Shown one piece after another: positions 1-11,241 of a stretch of 64,000 bases of DNA (its first letter is position 1; each line of letters begins with the position of its first letter). The DNA is taken from positions 10,540,001 to 10,604,000 of the forward strand of contig OZ360234.1 in assembly GCA_977017645.1 (NCBI GenBank), written 5' to 3'. Both the position numbers and the translations under genes were made by a program. The notes beneath the pieces were generated by a model that was not told the origin of the DNA, searched no databases, and saw nothing but the letters and a program-made list of their open reading frames with translations. The stretch comes from Torpedo marmorata (Eukaryota).

Positions 1-795
1 CTAAAAACTAAAAGAAAAGAACAGAAAGGAAGGCATTGGTATTACTTATTAAAAAAAAACATCTGCACGGATCGCTGCTGGGTCCACGATTCAACGCGTG
101 GCATTCAACAATATTTCTTCTTTAACTTTGAAAGAGTCAACAGGGTCTAGGATGTAGAGCAACACATTTAAATATTCATACCTAATGATTGGATATATGG
201 ACGCCGAATTTGCAAAAATATCCCATATTTGTTTCTTATGTTATATGTTATTTTTTCCAATGGAATACAACTCCGCATCTCTATATTCCATCTATCCATG
301 CCTAAATTTGTATCTGATTTCCAAGTTACTGCTATACACTTCCTTGCTACTGCTAAAGCAATTTTTACAAATTTCAAGTGACATGAAGATAACTTCAACT
401 TTGGTCTAGTTCCTTCCACATTTCCTAATAAAAATAAATCAGGATTCTGTGGAAATGTAACACCTGTAATTTGTTTTAACCGGTTCCCTAACTCTATCCA
501 AAAACATTTTACTTTAGGGCATAACCATGTTGAATGTAGAAAGGTTCCCTCCTCTTCACCACATCTAAAACACTTATTTGATCATGTAGATTTTATCTTA
601 TTCAATTTCTGTGGTGTAAGATATAGTTGATGTAAAAAATTATACTGTACTAATCTATATCTTACATTAATAGTATTGGTCATACTATCTTGACATAAAT
701 CCGACCATCTTTTTTCATCAATTATAACATTAAGATCTTGCTCCCATCTTTGTCTAGATTTATGAAGTCCTTGTTTTAAAACTCCCCTTTGTAAC
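1..795 (-). mobile_element. L1-clade LINE, 5'-truncated fragment: ORF2 C-terminus plus 3' UTR running off the window edge
   Basis: ORFs 168-419 and 582-~795 give INVRYRLVQYNFLHQLYLTP...CIAVTWKSD...IPLEKITYN, matching the ORF2 C-terminus of the L1 copies at 24087 and 41286. Confidence 0.85.
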
Positions 796-1289
796 AAAGA
801 AGCAATGGCTCTTCTATGAAAGATCATTGCAGAAAATCCTCCCTGAGTGATTGAGCTCATAATCATTTCAATGCATCTGTCTCCAAAATTCGGTTCATTA
901 TGGACAACAGAATGAATTTCGAAGGCCAAATTCAATATGCTGCCTTGATTATATTCTGTCTTTAACACTATCAACTCAGGATGAAGGTCATGACAATACA
1001 GTATGAAAGATTCATTAGATTTAACCATAAATCCAATACTTTAATACTTCCTGACATGTTATCTCTGATTCCAGTCCTTTTCTTCTCAGGATGTGAGTTT
1101 TAGTACAATTGCTGACCATCCTTAGCTCAAGATGACAAAGGATGTTAGGGTCCAATGAATACCAGACCATTGGTCAGGCTACATATCCATGAAGGGCATT
1201 ATTACCCATCTTGATCTTGGTAATAACCTATGAAGATAATGGCTCAAGGCACAGCCATCCAGATAGAAATACCATGAAAATGGTGGACC

Positions 1290-1668
1290 TAGAACACAGA
1301 ACATAGAAGCCCAGAGTGGTGTGCCGACCTAATAACAACTGCCTCAAAATTACCCACTGCATAGCCCTCCATTTTTCTCAGTTTGATGTACATATCTAAC
1401 AGTCTCTTAAAAGATACTATTGCACCTGTCACCACTACTGTTGCCGGCAGTGCATTTCATGCACCCACCACTCTCTGTGTGATAAGCGTACCTCTTACAT
1501 CGCCCCCCCGACACTTACTGTTAAACACCTTAAAACTATGCCTCCTGGTGTTAGCTATTTATACCCTGGGAAAAAGCCTCCGTCCATCCACACGATCAAT
1601 GCCTCTCATCATCATGTGCATCTCTATCAGATCACCCCTATCCTCCATCGCTCCAAGGAGAAAAGACC
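1290..1668 (-). mobile_element. CR1 LINE 3' fragment
   Basis: Reverse complement reads GLFSLERWR-like (TCCATCGCTCCAAGGAGAAAAGACC), resembling the CR1 at 53840-54931, and ends in an (AGAACAT)-like tail at ~1290-1308. Confidence 0.7.
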
Positions 1669-2022
1669 AAGAGGAAGGAAGTTGTAACTGTTGTGTGGAA
1701 TGCAATGCACTTGTAATTGGCAGGAAAATAAATTAATAGATCGCCTGCTTTTCGGCACCTGTGGGAGATGAGAACATCATTGAATCAATGAAATTGAGAC
1801 AGGAAAAGGTTAAAGTTGTGGTGACAAGGCATAAACCAGTCATCTTTTACATTGTGTTATTCAGAAAATAAATATGGAAACTTTCACATGGTCTTTGGCT
1901 GAAATCAAGAGTATTTTTGGATTGGCTCCTGAAATGGGAAGAACCTGTGCTGAAGAAAGTTTGAGTGTTAGGAAGTAGCCCTTGCTGCAGACTTAAAAAA
2001 ATAAAATAATGTTTAATCCTTC

Positions 2023-2200
2023 ACTTGGAGGGGAGACCGCCTAGGAACACCAGGTGATGAAGGTTTCTGTAAAGGGGGGCTGGACAAAGTAGCGACTCTC
2101 TGTCTGCCTTACGGTAGACAAAAATTAAAGAATTTCACATATGTTACATTCTAAATGTAGTATTACGTGACAATAATGGAACCTTTTACCTTTTTTTTCA
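2023..2200 (+). mobile_element. 5'-truncated 5S-rRNA-derived SINE (SINE3-type) with a LINE-like 3' tail
   Basis: ACTTGGAGGGGAGACCGCCTAGGAACACCAGGTGATGAAGGTTT (2023-2066) aligns to the 3' third of vertebrate 5S rRNA (ACTTGGATGGGAGACCGCCTGGGAATACCGGGTGCTGTAGGCTTT). It is followed by a non-5S tail ending GTGACAATAA..ACCTTTTACCTTTT. Confidence 0.75.
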
Positions 2201-3124
2201 TTTTTCAGATGCAGCAACTCAGCAGACTTTCCCCATCGTGAAAAGGCAGCTGATCCCAAGAGGGCATATTGTAAAGGCATTTGACTTAAGTAATTCTATT
2301 AATGATTCAGGCAACATGAACCTGTCAGAAAAATGTCACATCAGACATTTTTAAACTAAGATGATTCTTGCCATCAGTATCCTTCAAAAATTAGCCACAA
2401 AAAGTGAGATTTATTTTAATATTTCCCAGTTGAATTAAAAAGTGCACTTTTGATGGAACCAAGCACATGTGGAAGGAAATAAATTCTGTTTTCTTGATAG
2501 ATTATTAGAGTGAAGAAAGAAGGGAAGGCCTTTGGGGGTTAGCAAACACAAATAAAGCAGAACAAATTCTTTCAAACTAGAAGGAATAAAGAATTTTCAA
2601 CTTTTGAATGTTGGGTTAGGACGTCTTTACATTCCAGGCCATTTGAGAGTTCATATTAAAACCTTGATTTAAAAATTTGGCAGCAAAGGGGTTATGGAAA
2701 AACAAGTAAAGGTTGTTCCTTATTTGCGTTACCTTGAAGAGTTTTCAGGACATCAAAAGTATCCCTTCACCGAGGCTTTCCCAAAGTGTCTTATGAAATT
2801 GTACTTTTCCCATTCCAGACAGGAAGGTTTTGTCACATAACAGATCAGTAGGGTGGTGGGGTGGGCTGGAGCACGTGACTGTCAGTGCACAGATTTCAGT
2901 CTAGTGCTCCATTCACCAACATCCAAGCACCCATACAATTGTTATTGGAGGAGAGCTGATTGGCATGTGAAACTTCTACTGATTATTAAGAAAAAGTAAG
3001 GTTCCAGTAACTCTTTTAACTCTGCTTTCAGGCTGATTTTGAACAACAGAGTGCTTGAAGCCTAAAAAAACACAAGGTCGCCTCCTGGAGCTAATTTTTG
3101 CATCTGAATCACATGACACAGCAT

Positions 3125-5105
3125 ACAGGACTGCTTTGAATCGGTGGACTGGAACATATTCAAGCACTCAGCCATAGACCTGAATGAATATGCAACAGGT
3201 GTCACCGACTTCATCAAGACCTGCGTGAATGAGTGTGTGCCCACGCGCAAATACCTGGTGTTCCCCAACCAGAAGCCCTGGATGAATCAGAGAATTTGCA
3301 ACCTGCTGAGGGCGAGAACAAGGGCGTTTAAGGCCGGGGACCGGGATCTTTACAAGAAGTCCAGGCACAATCTGCGGAAGACCATCTCTGAAGCAAAGTG
3401 GCAATTCCGGAGGAAGCTAGAGACAGAGACAGATACACGCCAGCTATGGCAGGGAGTGCAGGCTATTACAGCCTACAAAGCGAGGGCGAACACTATAGAC
3501 GGCTGTGATGCTTCACTATCCGATGAGCTGAACACCTTCTATGCCCGCTTTGAGAAGAAGAACAAAACAGTGCCTACTAGAATCCCTGAAAAGGCTGAGG
3601 ACCCTGTGATATCTGTCTCTGAGGGCGACGTCAGAACATCATTCAAGAGGGTGAACCCTCGCAAGGCGTCAGGCCCTGATGGCGTACCTGGCAGGGTACT
3701 GAAAATCTGCGCCAACCAACTAGCCGGAGTGTTCACGGACATTCTCAACCTCTCATTGCGGCAGTCAGAGGTTCCCACCTGCTTCAAAAGGGCATCAATC
3801 ATCCCGGTACCTAAGAAGAGTAGTGTGGGCTGCCTCAACGACTACCGCCCCGTAGCACTAACTTCTACTGTGATGAAATGCTTTGAGAGGCTGGTCATGG
3901 CCAGAATTAACACGCACCTAAGCAAAGATCTGGACCCACTGCAATTCACCTATCTTCACAATCGCTCCACAGCAGATGCAATATCGCTGGCTCTCCACTC
4001 AGCTCTGGATCACCTCGAAAACAGCAATTCATACATACGGCTGCTCTTCATCGACTACAGCTCGGCCTGTAATACCATTATTCCGTCAGTGCTGGTCATG
4101 AAGCTACAAACTCTAGGCCTCTGTATCCCACTCTGCAACTGGATCCTTGACTTTCTCATCGGAAGACCACAGTCAGTACAAATTGGAAACAACGTCTCCT
4201 CCTCACTGAATATCAACACAGGCGCACCCCAAGGATGCGTGCTTAGTCCACTGCTCTACTCGTTATACACCCATGACTGTGTGGCCAGGCACAATTCCAA
4301 TGACATCTACAAGTTTGCCAATGACACCACAGTTGTCGGCAGAATCACAAACGGCAATGAGGAAGCGTACAGGAAGGAGATAGATCAGCTCGTTGAATGG
4401 TGTAACGACAAAAACCTTGAGCTCAACGTCAGCAAAACCAAGGAGATGATTGTGGACTTCAGGAGGAAGTCAGGGGAACACGACCCAGTCCTTATCGAGG
4501 GCTCAGTAGTGGAGAGGGTCAAGAATTTCAAATTCCTGGGTGTCAACATCTCAGAGGATCTGTCCTGGAGCCTCCGCGTTGATGCAATCACAAAGAAGGC
4601 TCGTCAGCGGCTATACTTTGTGAGGTGTCTGAGGAGATTCGGTATGTCACCGAAAACTCTCGTAAACTTCTACAGGTGTACCGTGGAGAGCATTTTGGCT
4701 GGTTGCATCACTGCCTGGTATGGAGGCGCCAACTCTCAGGACAAGAGTAAACTCCGGAGGGTTGTTAACTCGGCCTGTGACATCACGTGCACCAGACTTC
4801 ACTCCATCGAGGACATCTACATGAGGCGGTGTCTTAAAAAAGCAGCCTCTATCCTCAAAGACCCCCACCACCCAGGCCATGCCCTCTTCACTCTGCTTCC
4901 ATCGGGAAAAAGGTACAGGAGCCTAAAGACGAGCACTCAATGGCACAAGGACAGCTTCTTCCCCGCTGCCATCAGATTCCTGAATAATCAATGAACCAAA
5001 GACACTGCCTTACTTTTCGTGCACTATTATTTATAATTTTTTATAGTAATGTCATAAGATGGTTAATATGAATGTTAATTGCACTATAAATTCTGATTCT
5101 GATTC
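3125..5105 (+). mobile_element. Rex1/Babar LINE family A, 5'-truncated
   Basis: RT ORF followed by a short 3' UTR and a (GATTCT)n tail; closely similar to the copy at 19756-22213. Confidence 0.92.
3144..4994 (+). pseudogene. Rex1/Babar reverse transcriptase ORF (616 aa), truncated, catalytic motif mutated
   Basis: [24 protein letters not shown] and [12 protein letters not shown] motifs are present, but the catalytic motif reads FANDTT instead of FADDTT. No endonuclease domain. Confidence 0.88.
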
Positions 5106-5157
5106 ATTTTTCACTCTTATGCAGTCAATTTTTTCCTCTTCACTCTTTCTCTCCTGC

Positions 5158-5203
5158 GGTATTGACTACTTGCCGATGAGCAACATGCAAAGCAGTCAAT
5201 ACC
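5158..5203. repeat. Imperfect inverted repeat (hairpin)
   Basis: GGTATTGACTACTTGC-13 nt-GCAAAGCAGTCAATACC; the outer 10 bp are perfect. Confidence 0.8.
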
Positions 5204-7032
5204 TAAACTTCTGCGCAGTCATTATTTAACTTGGCGTCACAACATTCTCAGCAGTGATTCAAATAAAAAGGGCCAATGGTGTTGTTAGTAGTTACATGCT
5301 TATCAGCGAAGGCAACTAGATGGTATTCAAAAATAGAAAGCCATGCTGCTTTGAGGACATTTATAATCCACTATTGATGTCCAACTATTTGACTGGCAAT
5401 AATTAGAGAATGGAAATGCTTCAAATGATGGAGAATTACACTGGGGTTTTCCTGGTCTAAATGGTCTAGCTAAGCAATGGAAAATTATAGCACTCTGTGG
5501 AATAAAATGCCTTTTACATGAAACTTTTTTGAAGCAAATCAGTAATAAAAGCTCCAAATGATTACCAATGGCCACAATTACATTAATTTGTTCTTGTGGA
5601 ACTTCAAATTGAAGTGTAATAAGAGCTTTGAGGATGGCTGCTAGATTGTTTGTTGCTTTTAGTCCGTATTTTGCAGGACCAATCACAAACAACAATGCCA
5701 ATGAGGGTTTGAGGGGCTGAAGTAATTATAACTGATGTTGCCATGGCTATGTTCCATTAAATGCTTCAAATCAGCACTATATGCATTATTGTGAATCTAA
5801 TAAAACAATTCTGGAGAGTTCTTGAGTGGTTTAGTGAAAAGCTCTTAGTCTTTAGTTGACAGTAATACATTCTGAGATGTCCTGTTGATAGCTTTGGTGA
5901 AGGACAGACCACATTAAAGAACTCCTGACACGTGTCACAGATTATTAGCAGAGGTTTAAGTTCCTAATTCTCCATCAGAAAGCTATTTAACCCATACTCT
6001 TTTGAAGATTGCATCTCCTGCTGGGGAATGATTGGCTAAAAAGCTATATCCTTTCAACCACAATCAAATGACCCTTCTTTATGCACTCTGGATAATTACA
6101 AGCTGTTCTGGCATATAAGAAACATTACAAACACAAGTCACTTTCTGACAGGAATTATTTTATAACAGTCAAAACCTCTGATACAAAACAATTCCTTTCC
6201 CCACCCTACCCCACCATTGTCAAATGTGGTAATTGGTAAAATTTTTAAATATCGGTCGTCAGTGGATGGGCAACCTTGAGGGTAGAATAATTGCCACAGG
6301 CAGCTGAAGGAATAAAATAATTGGTACGACCTTATCCCTTCTGCAGATTGGGTTTACAATTAAGTTGAGGCTAAATGGTGTTTATATCGTTTAGAGAATA
6401 ATTAAAAAGGGAAGGGGAAATTTCAAGTGGACTTTTTCCAAATGCAGTAGAGCTTGAAATACAGTGTATTGTAAACATTTTAGTGCATATCCAGTCGTTT
6501 GGAGATTCTGCAGTGCATATTTTGTGTTTTTTTAAAATAGTGAACACATTTTCCCAACTGACTGAATCAAAGTGGCCAAACCTCTCACTGAATTCAAATA
6601 TATTTTGACTTAATTTATTGACTGACTTTTGAGTTGTTTTCAGTTGCAAAACTTTGAAGAAAAACAATGAATATTTGAAAGTAAAAGAATAATTAATAGA
6701 GAAAGATGATAAATCCTTTGTAATATATCTGGCCAGATCTGAAAAAAATAGTCTGCCAACATTCCCGTGAGATCCAGTGCTTGTTCTACTGAATGGTTAT
6801 GCCATGGAATCAAAGGACAGAGAAACTGTTGATCTTATTGTAAATATCAAGAGAAAATGAAAAAAAAATCAGAGGGGGAAGCTTTTGTGAGCCAAATGTA
6901 TCAGCCCACAAAAACACCTTGATTTAGTGGGAGAGACGCATATGATGTTCAGGCCTCTGGTCTCCAACATCAAACCATGGGACTGAATCAAGCAAATCTT
7001 GACGGGGAACTACCAAGATTTATCATTTATTC

Positions 7033-7951
7033 TGTTACAACCTCAAACCAGCAACGACAGAAGACGCAATGCAAAAGGTGTAAAATTGAAATGACTATTT
7101 ATTAAAGACAATTAAACATATAATTTCACAACAATTAACCCCACTATAAACGTCTATAACACTATTCTTATCTAAAAGGTGTATGTGTGTGTGTGTAAAG
7201 CCCAGACCATTACAGTCTGTGCCCAACCCTTATGTAAAAATGGAAAAACTTTCCCCAAAAACCCCAGGTCAGTCATAAAAAACAAGTCAGTCAAAAAAAA
7301 GGATAATACAGTCTACAAAATTCACTCTCTAAGTTCAGGCTTCAAATTCAGCTCTGTGTCTGGTAGAAGTACTTCTGAATGAACGTTGGAGAGAGACAAT
7401 GACTGTTTATGCTTACAAATACTTGTTTTCTTCTCTGATGACGTTCCCTTCTGGTATGTTCATAAGGATTACAAGTTCAGATCAGTATACCATTGATTTA
7501 GGCGTTTGCTTGAATCTCACAGCTAGTCTCGCTGATCTCACGCCTGTTCTCCACAGAAGTTGCTTTTTCTCAGAATTTCTCTGAGCCAGGAGGCCATGTG
7601 CTATCCTGCCAGTCTTTTCTCTGACTTGCACAAGCCTGGATTTGGCTGTGTCCTCTAGCCTTTGCAACTTACAACTGTCTGCTTTTTGCAGAGATCTACA
7701 CCTGCTTTTTGCAAAAGTGCAACAAATGTATCTGGTCCACAGTCTCTCTCTCTCTCTGGTCTCTCTCTGTCTGGGTACACCAAAAGTGCAACAATGTACC
7801 TTTGTCCACAGCTTGTCTCTCTCTCTGTCTGGGTACACCAAGTCCTGGGGAAGTTAACTCTTTCAGTACCTGGCCCCAGTGTATACTCCAAAAGACTTCA
7901 TCCTTCCTGCTGACCGTCCGCAGTCCAAGTGGTCAGTCATGGTCCATAACA
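7033..7951 (-). mobile_element. Solo LTR (Gypsy- or ERV-type), 919 bp
   Basis: TGTTA...TAACA inverted termini, 4-bp TSD ATTC (7029-7032 and 7952-7955), AATAAA on the minus strand near 7100 and an internal tandem duplication at ~7710-7840. Strand is inferred from the polyA signal. Confidence 0.8.
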
Positions 7952-8043
7952 ATTCACTAAGCAGTAATGCAAGACCCAGATTCTAGTACAAGGCAAGCAA
8001 GAATTTGGATGGATCCCACTAATTTCAATGGAGTTTGTAGGTA

Positions 8044-8850
8044 CAGTACGTTTCCGATTATCCGAAAACCACTTAACGGAAATTCTCAGTTATCTGAATT
8101 TTTTTTCGGCGGCAACATGATGTCACACGTTGAAAAAAAAATTTCACCCGACGTGCACACGTGGGGCTCTGACACGCTGTTAGCGCCAGTTTGGTAACAT
8201 CAGTGAGTGACTGGAGGAAGTCGGCAGGTCAGGCAGCGCATGGGGAGATTGTCCTCGTTTTAGGTAACCCCCCTCCTTTCTCTTTTTCCATTTCTTCTTT
8301 ACCCTCCACTGTACTTGGTTCTCTGCTGTCCCCAGAATCGGTGTCAGAACAAATCTAATCGATGGGCATCAGGGTAACCGCGGGGTGGCGCTGATTTTTC
8401 GGTGGCGTCAAACGGTGGGGGTGGGGGGTGGGTGGAGGTGGCAGCGTCGTACTGGGGGGGTGGCGGCGGCATCATCGGACCGGGGGTGTGGCGGTGGCAT
8501 CATTGGACTGGGGGGGGGGTTGGCGGCGGCAGGAGCCCCGGGGACCTCAGGCTCCCAGTCAGGATCAGTGACGGCGGTGGGGACGTGTCTGGGATCGGAG
8601 CGGGGACCTCATGCTCCCAGGCAGGTTTGGCGACGGCGGTGGGGAGGTGTCTGGGATCGGAGCGGGGACCTCGGGCACCCGGGAGGGTTTGGCGACGGCA
8701 GTGGGGATCGGCGACGGTGGTGGGGAGGTGTCAGGGATCGGCGACGGCTGATACAAGTATTCTGCTGATGCTACTGGGCTGCTTAAAGTTTTTTTAAACT
8801 ACTGTGTATGCCGTATATTTTAAAAATGCTTTTAATTATGCCGGTCACAC
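8044..8850. mobile_element. Tigger/mariner-type non-autonomous DNA element (one TIR only) with a GC-rich minisatellite
   Basis: TA|CAGTACGTTTCCGATTATCCGAA left end. A ~60-bp unit GACGGCGGTGGGGAGGTGTCTGGGATCGG.. is repeated at 8570-8750. No right TIR seen. Confidence 0.55.
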
Positions 8851-9164
8851 ATGTTTGCTCAGCTTTGCCTTCCATCAGAGTGTTTTGCAGGCAGTGCCAT
8901 CATTCTGTGCTACCCTTGGACCAGGTGTTGACTGGAGCAGTGTACTGAGCTCCAGGGTGCAGGGAACCAGTAGAGATAGGTCTTACTCGTCCAGTCTGGG
9001 TAAAGGCAGGTAAACACAGATAGAAGGCACCAGCTTTGCTCAGGGATCCAGGCTGGCATAATGTGTCCAAAGCATCATTCAAGTGCCTTCAATTCTGGTC
9101 ACTGTAATTGATTCAACAGGTGATTCTTATTAACGCTCTAGACAAAAATATGTTTTTGCTACTT

Positions 9165-9440
9165 GCGTAGCAGTTAGCGGAGTGCTATTATAGTGCCAGT
9201 GACCGGGGTTTGAATCTGGCGTTGTCTATAAGGAGTTTATATGTTCTCCCCATGTCTGCGTGGGTTTCCTCCGGGTGCTCCAGTTTCCTCCCACCCTTTA
9301 AAAACTTAAGGGGTTTGTTGGTTAATTGGTGCATTTGGGTGGCACAGGCTTGTGGGTGGGAAGAGCCTATATGTCTAAATTTAAAAATGTTAAATTTTAG
9401 AAAATTAAATTTAAAAAATTTATTAAAAAATGTTAAATTT
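9165..9440 (+). mobile_element. tRNA-derived V-SINE (HE1-like)
   Basis: tRNA-like head (GGTTTGAATC B box), central GGAGTTT..GTTCTCCCC..TGCGTGGGTTTCCTCCGGGTGCTCC.GTTTCCTCCCAC domain, AT-rich tail. Confidence 0.8.
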
Positions 9441-10491
9441 TGAACATTTAAAATGTTGAAAAACATCCTTGAATTGTATATGCTTTTAACCACTCTTCTA
9501 ACTATGGGCTCCAATGCACTCTCATTTATCCAGTGACTTAATTCCAATTCCAATCAATCCTGCTCTTCTCCTTAAAATATTCCTGCAGCCCATGAATGGT
9601 GTGAGCTGTTATTGTGGCTACAGGTAGTTGTGTGGCTCTATCAGGCCTATTTGCTGGTGCTGTCCCACAGAGTGGGGCAGTCTGAGTCACAGTAACCAGG
9701 CCTCAGGCTTGCTGATAACAATGAAAACAGTCCAAATCAATATAAATATTAAAATAATAAAAACTACTGGAACAAAGATAAAGTGTAAAAAATAAATTCA
9801 GTTAAAATATCTCAAAGTACTAGAAATGAATTAAAAGCATAGAATAAAAAGGTGAAAATTAACCAAACCACTTACCTGACATGCCCTTTCAACCAAAGTC
9901 ACGGACTCTCTTCACAGGTGGTAATGGTATACAGAACATATATTGATATACAGTATGTTATAAATTTCTGAAATTTCTTTCTGGTTACCTTCTTTTGAAA
10001 TGAAAAAGCACACGCTTCTCTTCTCTTTCCCCACATCTGATAGCTCCGATATTTCAGATTAATCCCACAGCTCTTCTCTGAACAGTGTATGGGAGCTGAC
10101 TGCTTTCTTTGTGCCTCAGTGGTCACATTGAACATGGCAATAAAGGTGCATTTTGGTAACTTACTGCTATTGTGCGACATCACATCCAACGAATGTATAT
10201 ATTTCAAGTTGATTGATTGTTGCTCTGGAGTGACAGGTTAAGCACAGAAGCTAATTATAGCTCGAGCTTCCTTTTGCACTCACATTTAATGTCATCAAAG
10301 AAAAGGCACATTGCTTGTCTCTCTCCTTGTGTTTATCTCAGGTCTTACACTCAACATATACTGAAGTGAAAGTGAAGAAGGCTTATACCAGAACTATTGG
10401 AAGGCGTGCAAACTATCTTTTCCTTTCTGTGCAGGAGCCTTCATATTTATTGACACCTTTCTGATGTGGCTTTACATTTTGCCACTATTGA

Positions 10492-10745
10492 TACAGTTAG
10501 TGTAGTGGTTAGCGTGACACTATTACTGCGCCAGCGACCGGGGCTGGAAGCCGGCACTGTCTCTAAGGAGTTTGTATGTTCTGGCTGCGTCTGCGAGGGT
10601 TTTCCCCGGGTGCTCTGGATTCCTGCCACCTTTCAAAAATGTATGGAGTTGTAGGTTAATTTGGGTGTAATTGGGCGGCACAAGTTTAAATGGCCAAAAT
10701 TGGCTTCTATCATGCAGTAAATTTAAAAAACAAATAAATAAAAAT
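10492..10745 (+). mobile_element. tRNA-derived V-SINE (HE1-like)
   Basis: Same head, core and tail as the 9165 and 59119 copies. Confidence 0.8.
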
Positions 10746-11241
10746 ATTGTGAAAATGTCATTATTATTTTATTATATCATGATTATTTGTACCCCTGAAC
10801 ATCCAAAGAACATTTGTCCCATATTCCAGTGAAGATACTACGTCTCCAGGGAAAATACAGTAAAATCCCCGGTATCCGGAATTCAAGCAACTGGCAACCC
10901 AAGCAACCAACAAAAAAAAATATATCGAGGAAATAAATAAATCAATAAAATTTAAAATAAATAAGAATAAATAAAAAAAATAACTAAAAGTTTAAAATTG
11001 TAAGAGTAAATGTACTCCGAAGCAACACACAATCCCTTGGGAGCAAACGTTCAGTCAACGGAGCGCCCCGGTTGTGTCCCGCTCGCAGCGGCTGTTAGAA
11101 TAAAATTTCAATAAAGTTGTGTTTGAATAAAATGGCGTCATTCAGGATGAAGAGCCGGCCGGTGTTGCTCATCACTGGGGCGACTTATCCAAAGTGCCTC
11201 CCTATCCATGCTTAGTAAGAGTCTTTATATTTATTTGTATA

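Noticed and set aside
2023-2066. 5S rRNA gene
   Set aside because: Only the 3' third is present, with several substitutions, and it is fused to a retroelement tail.
3062-4880. Antisense ORFs recurring over Rex1 copies (also 14522, 15072, 20073, 21437, 22228, 55180)
   Set aside because: Shadows of the RT coding strand; they recur only because the TE copies are homologous.
8385-8797. Gly-rich 127/131-aa ORFs
   Set aside because: By-product of a GC-rich minisatellite that is open in several frames.
9899-10207. 102-aa minus-strand ORF as a host gene
   Set aside because: Non-ATG start, no recognisable domain, and it stops before the nearby splice donor.
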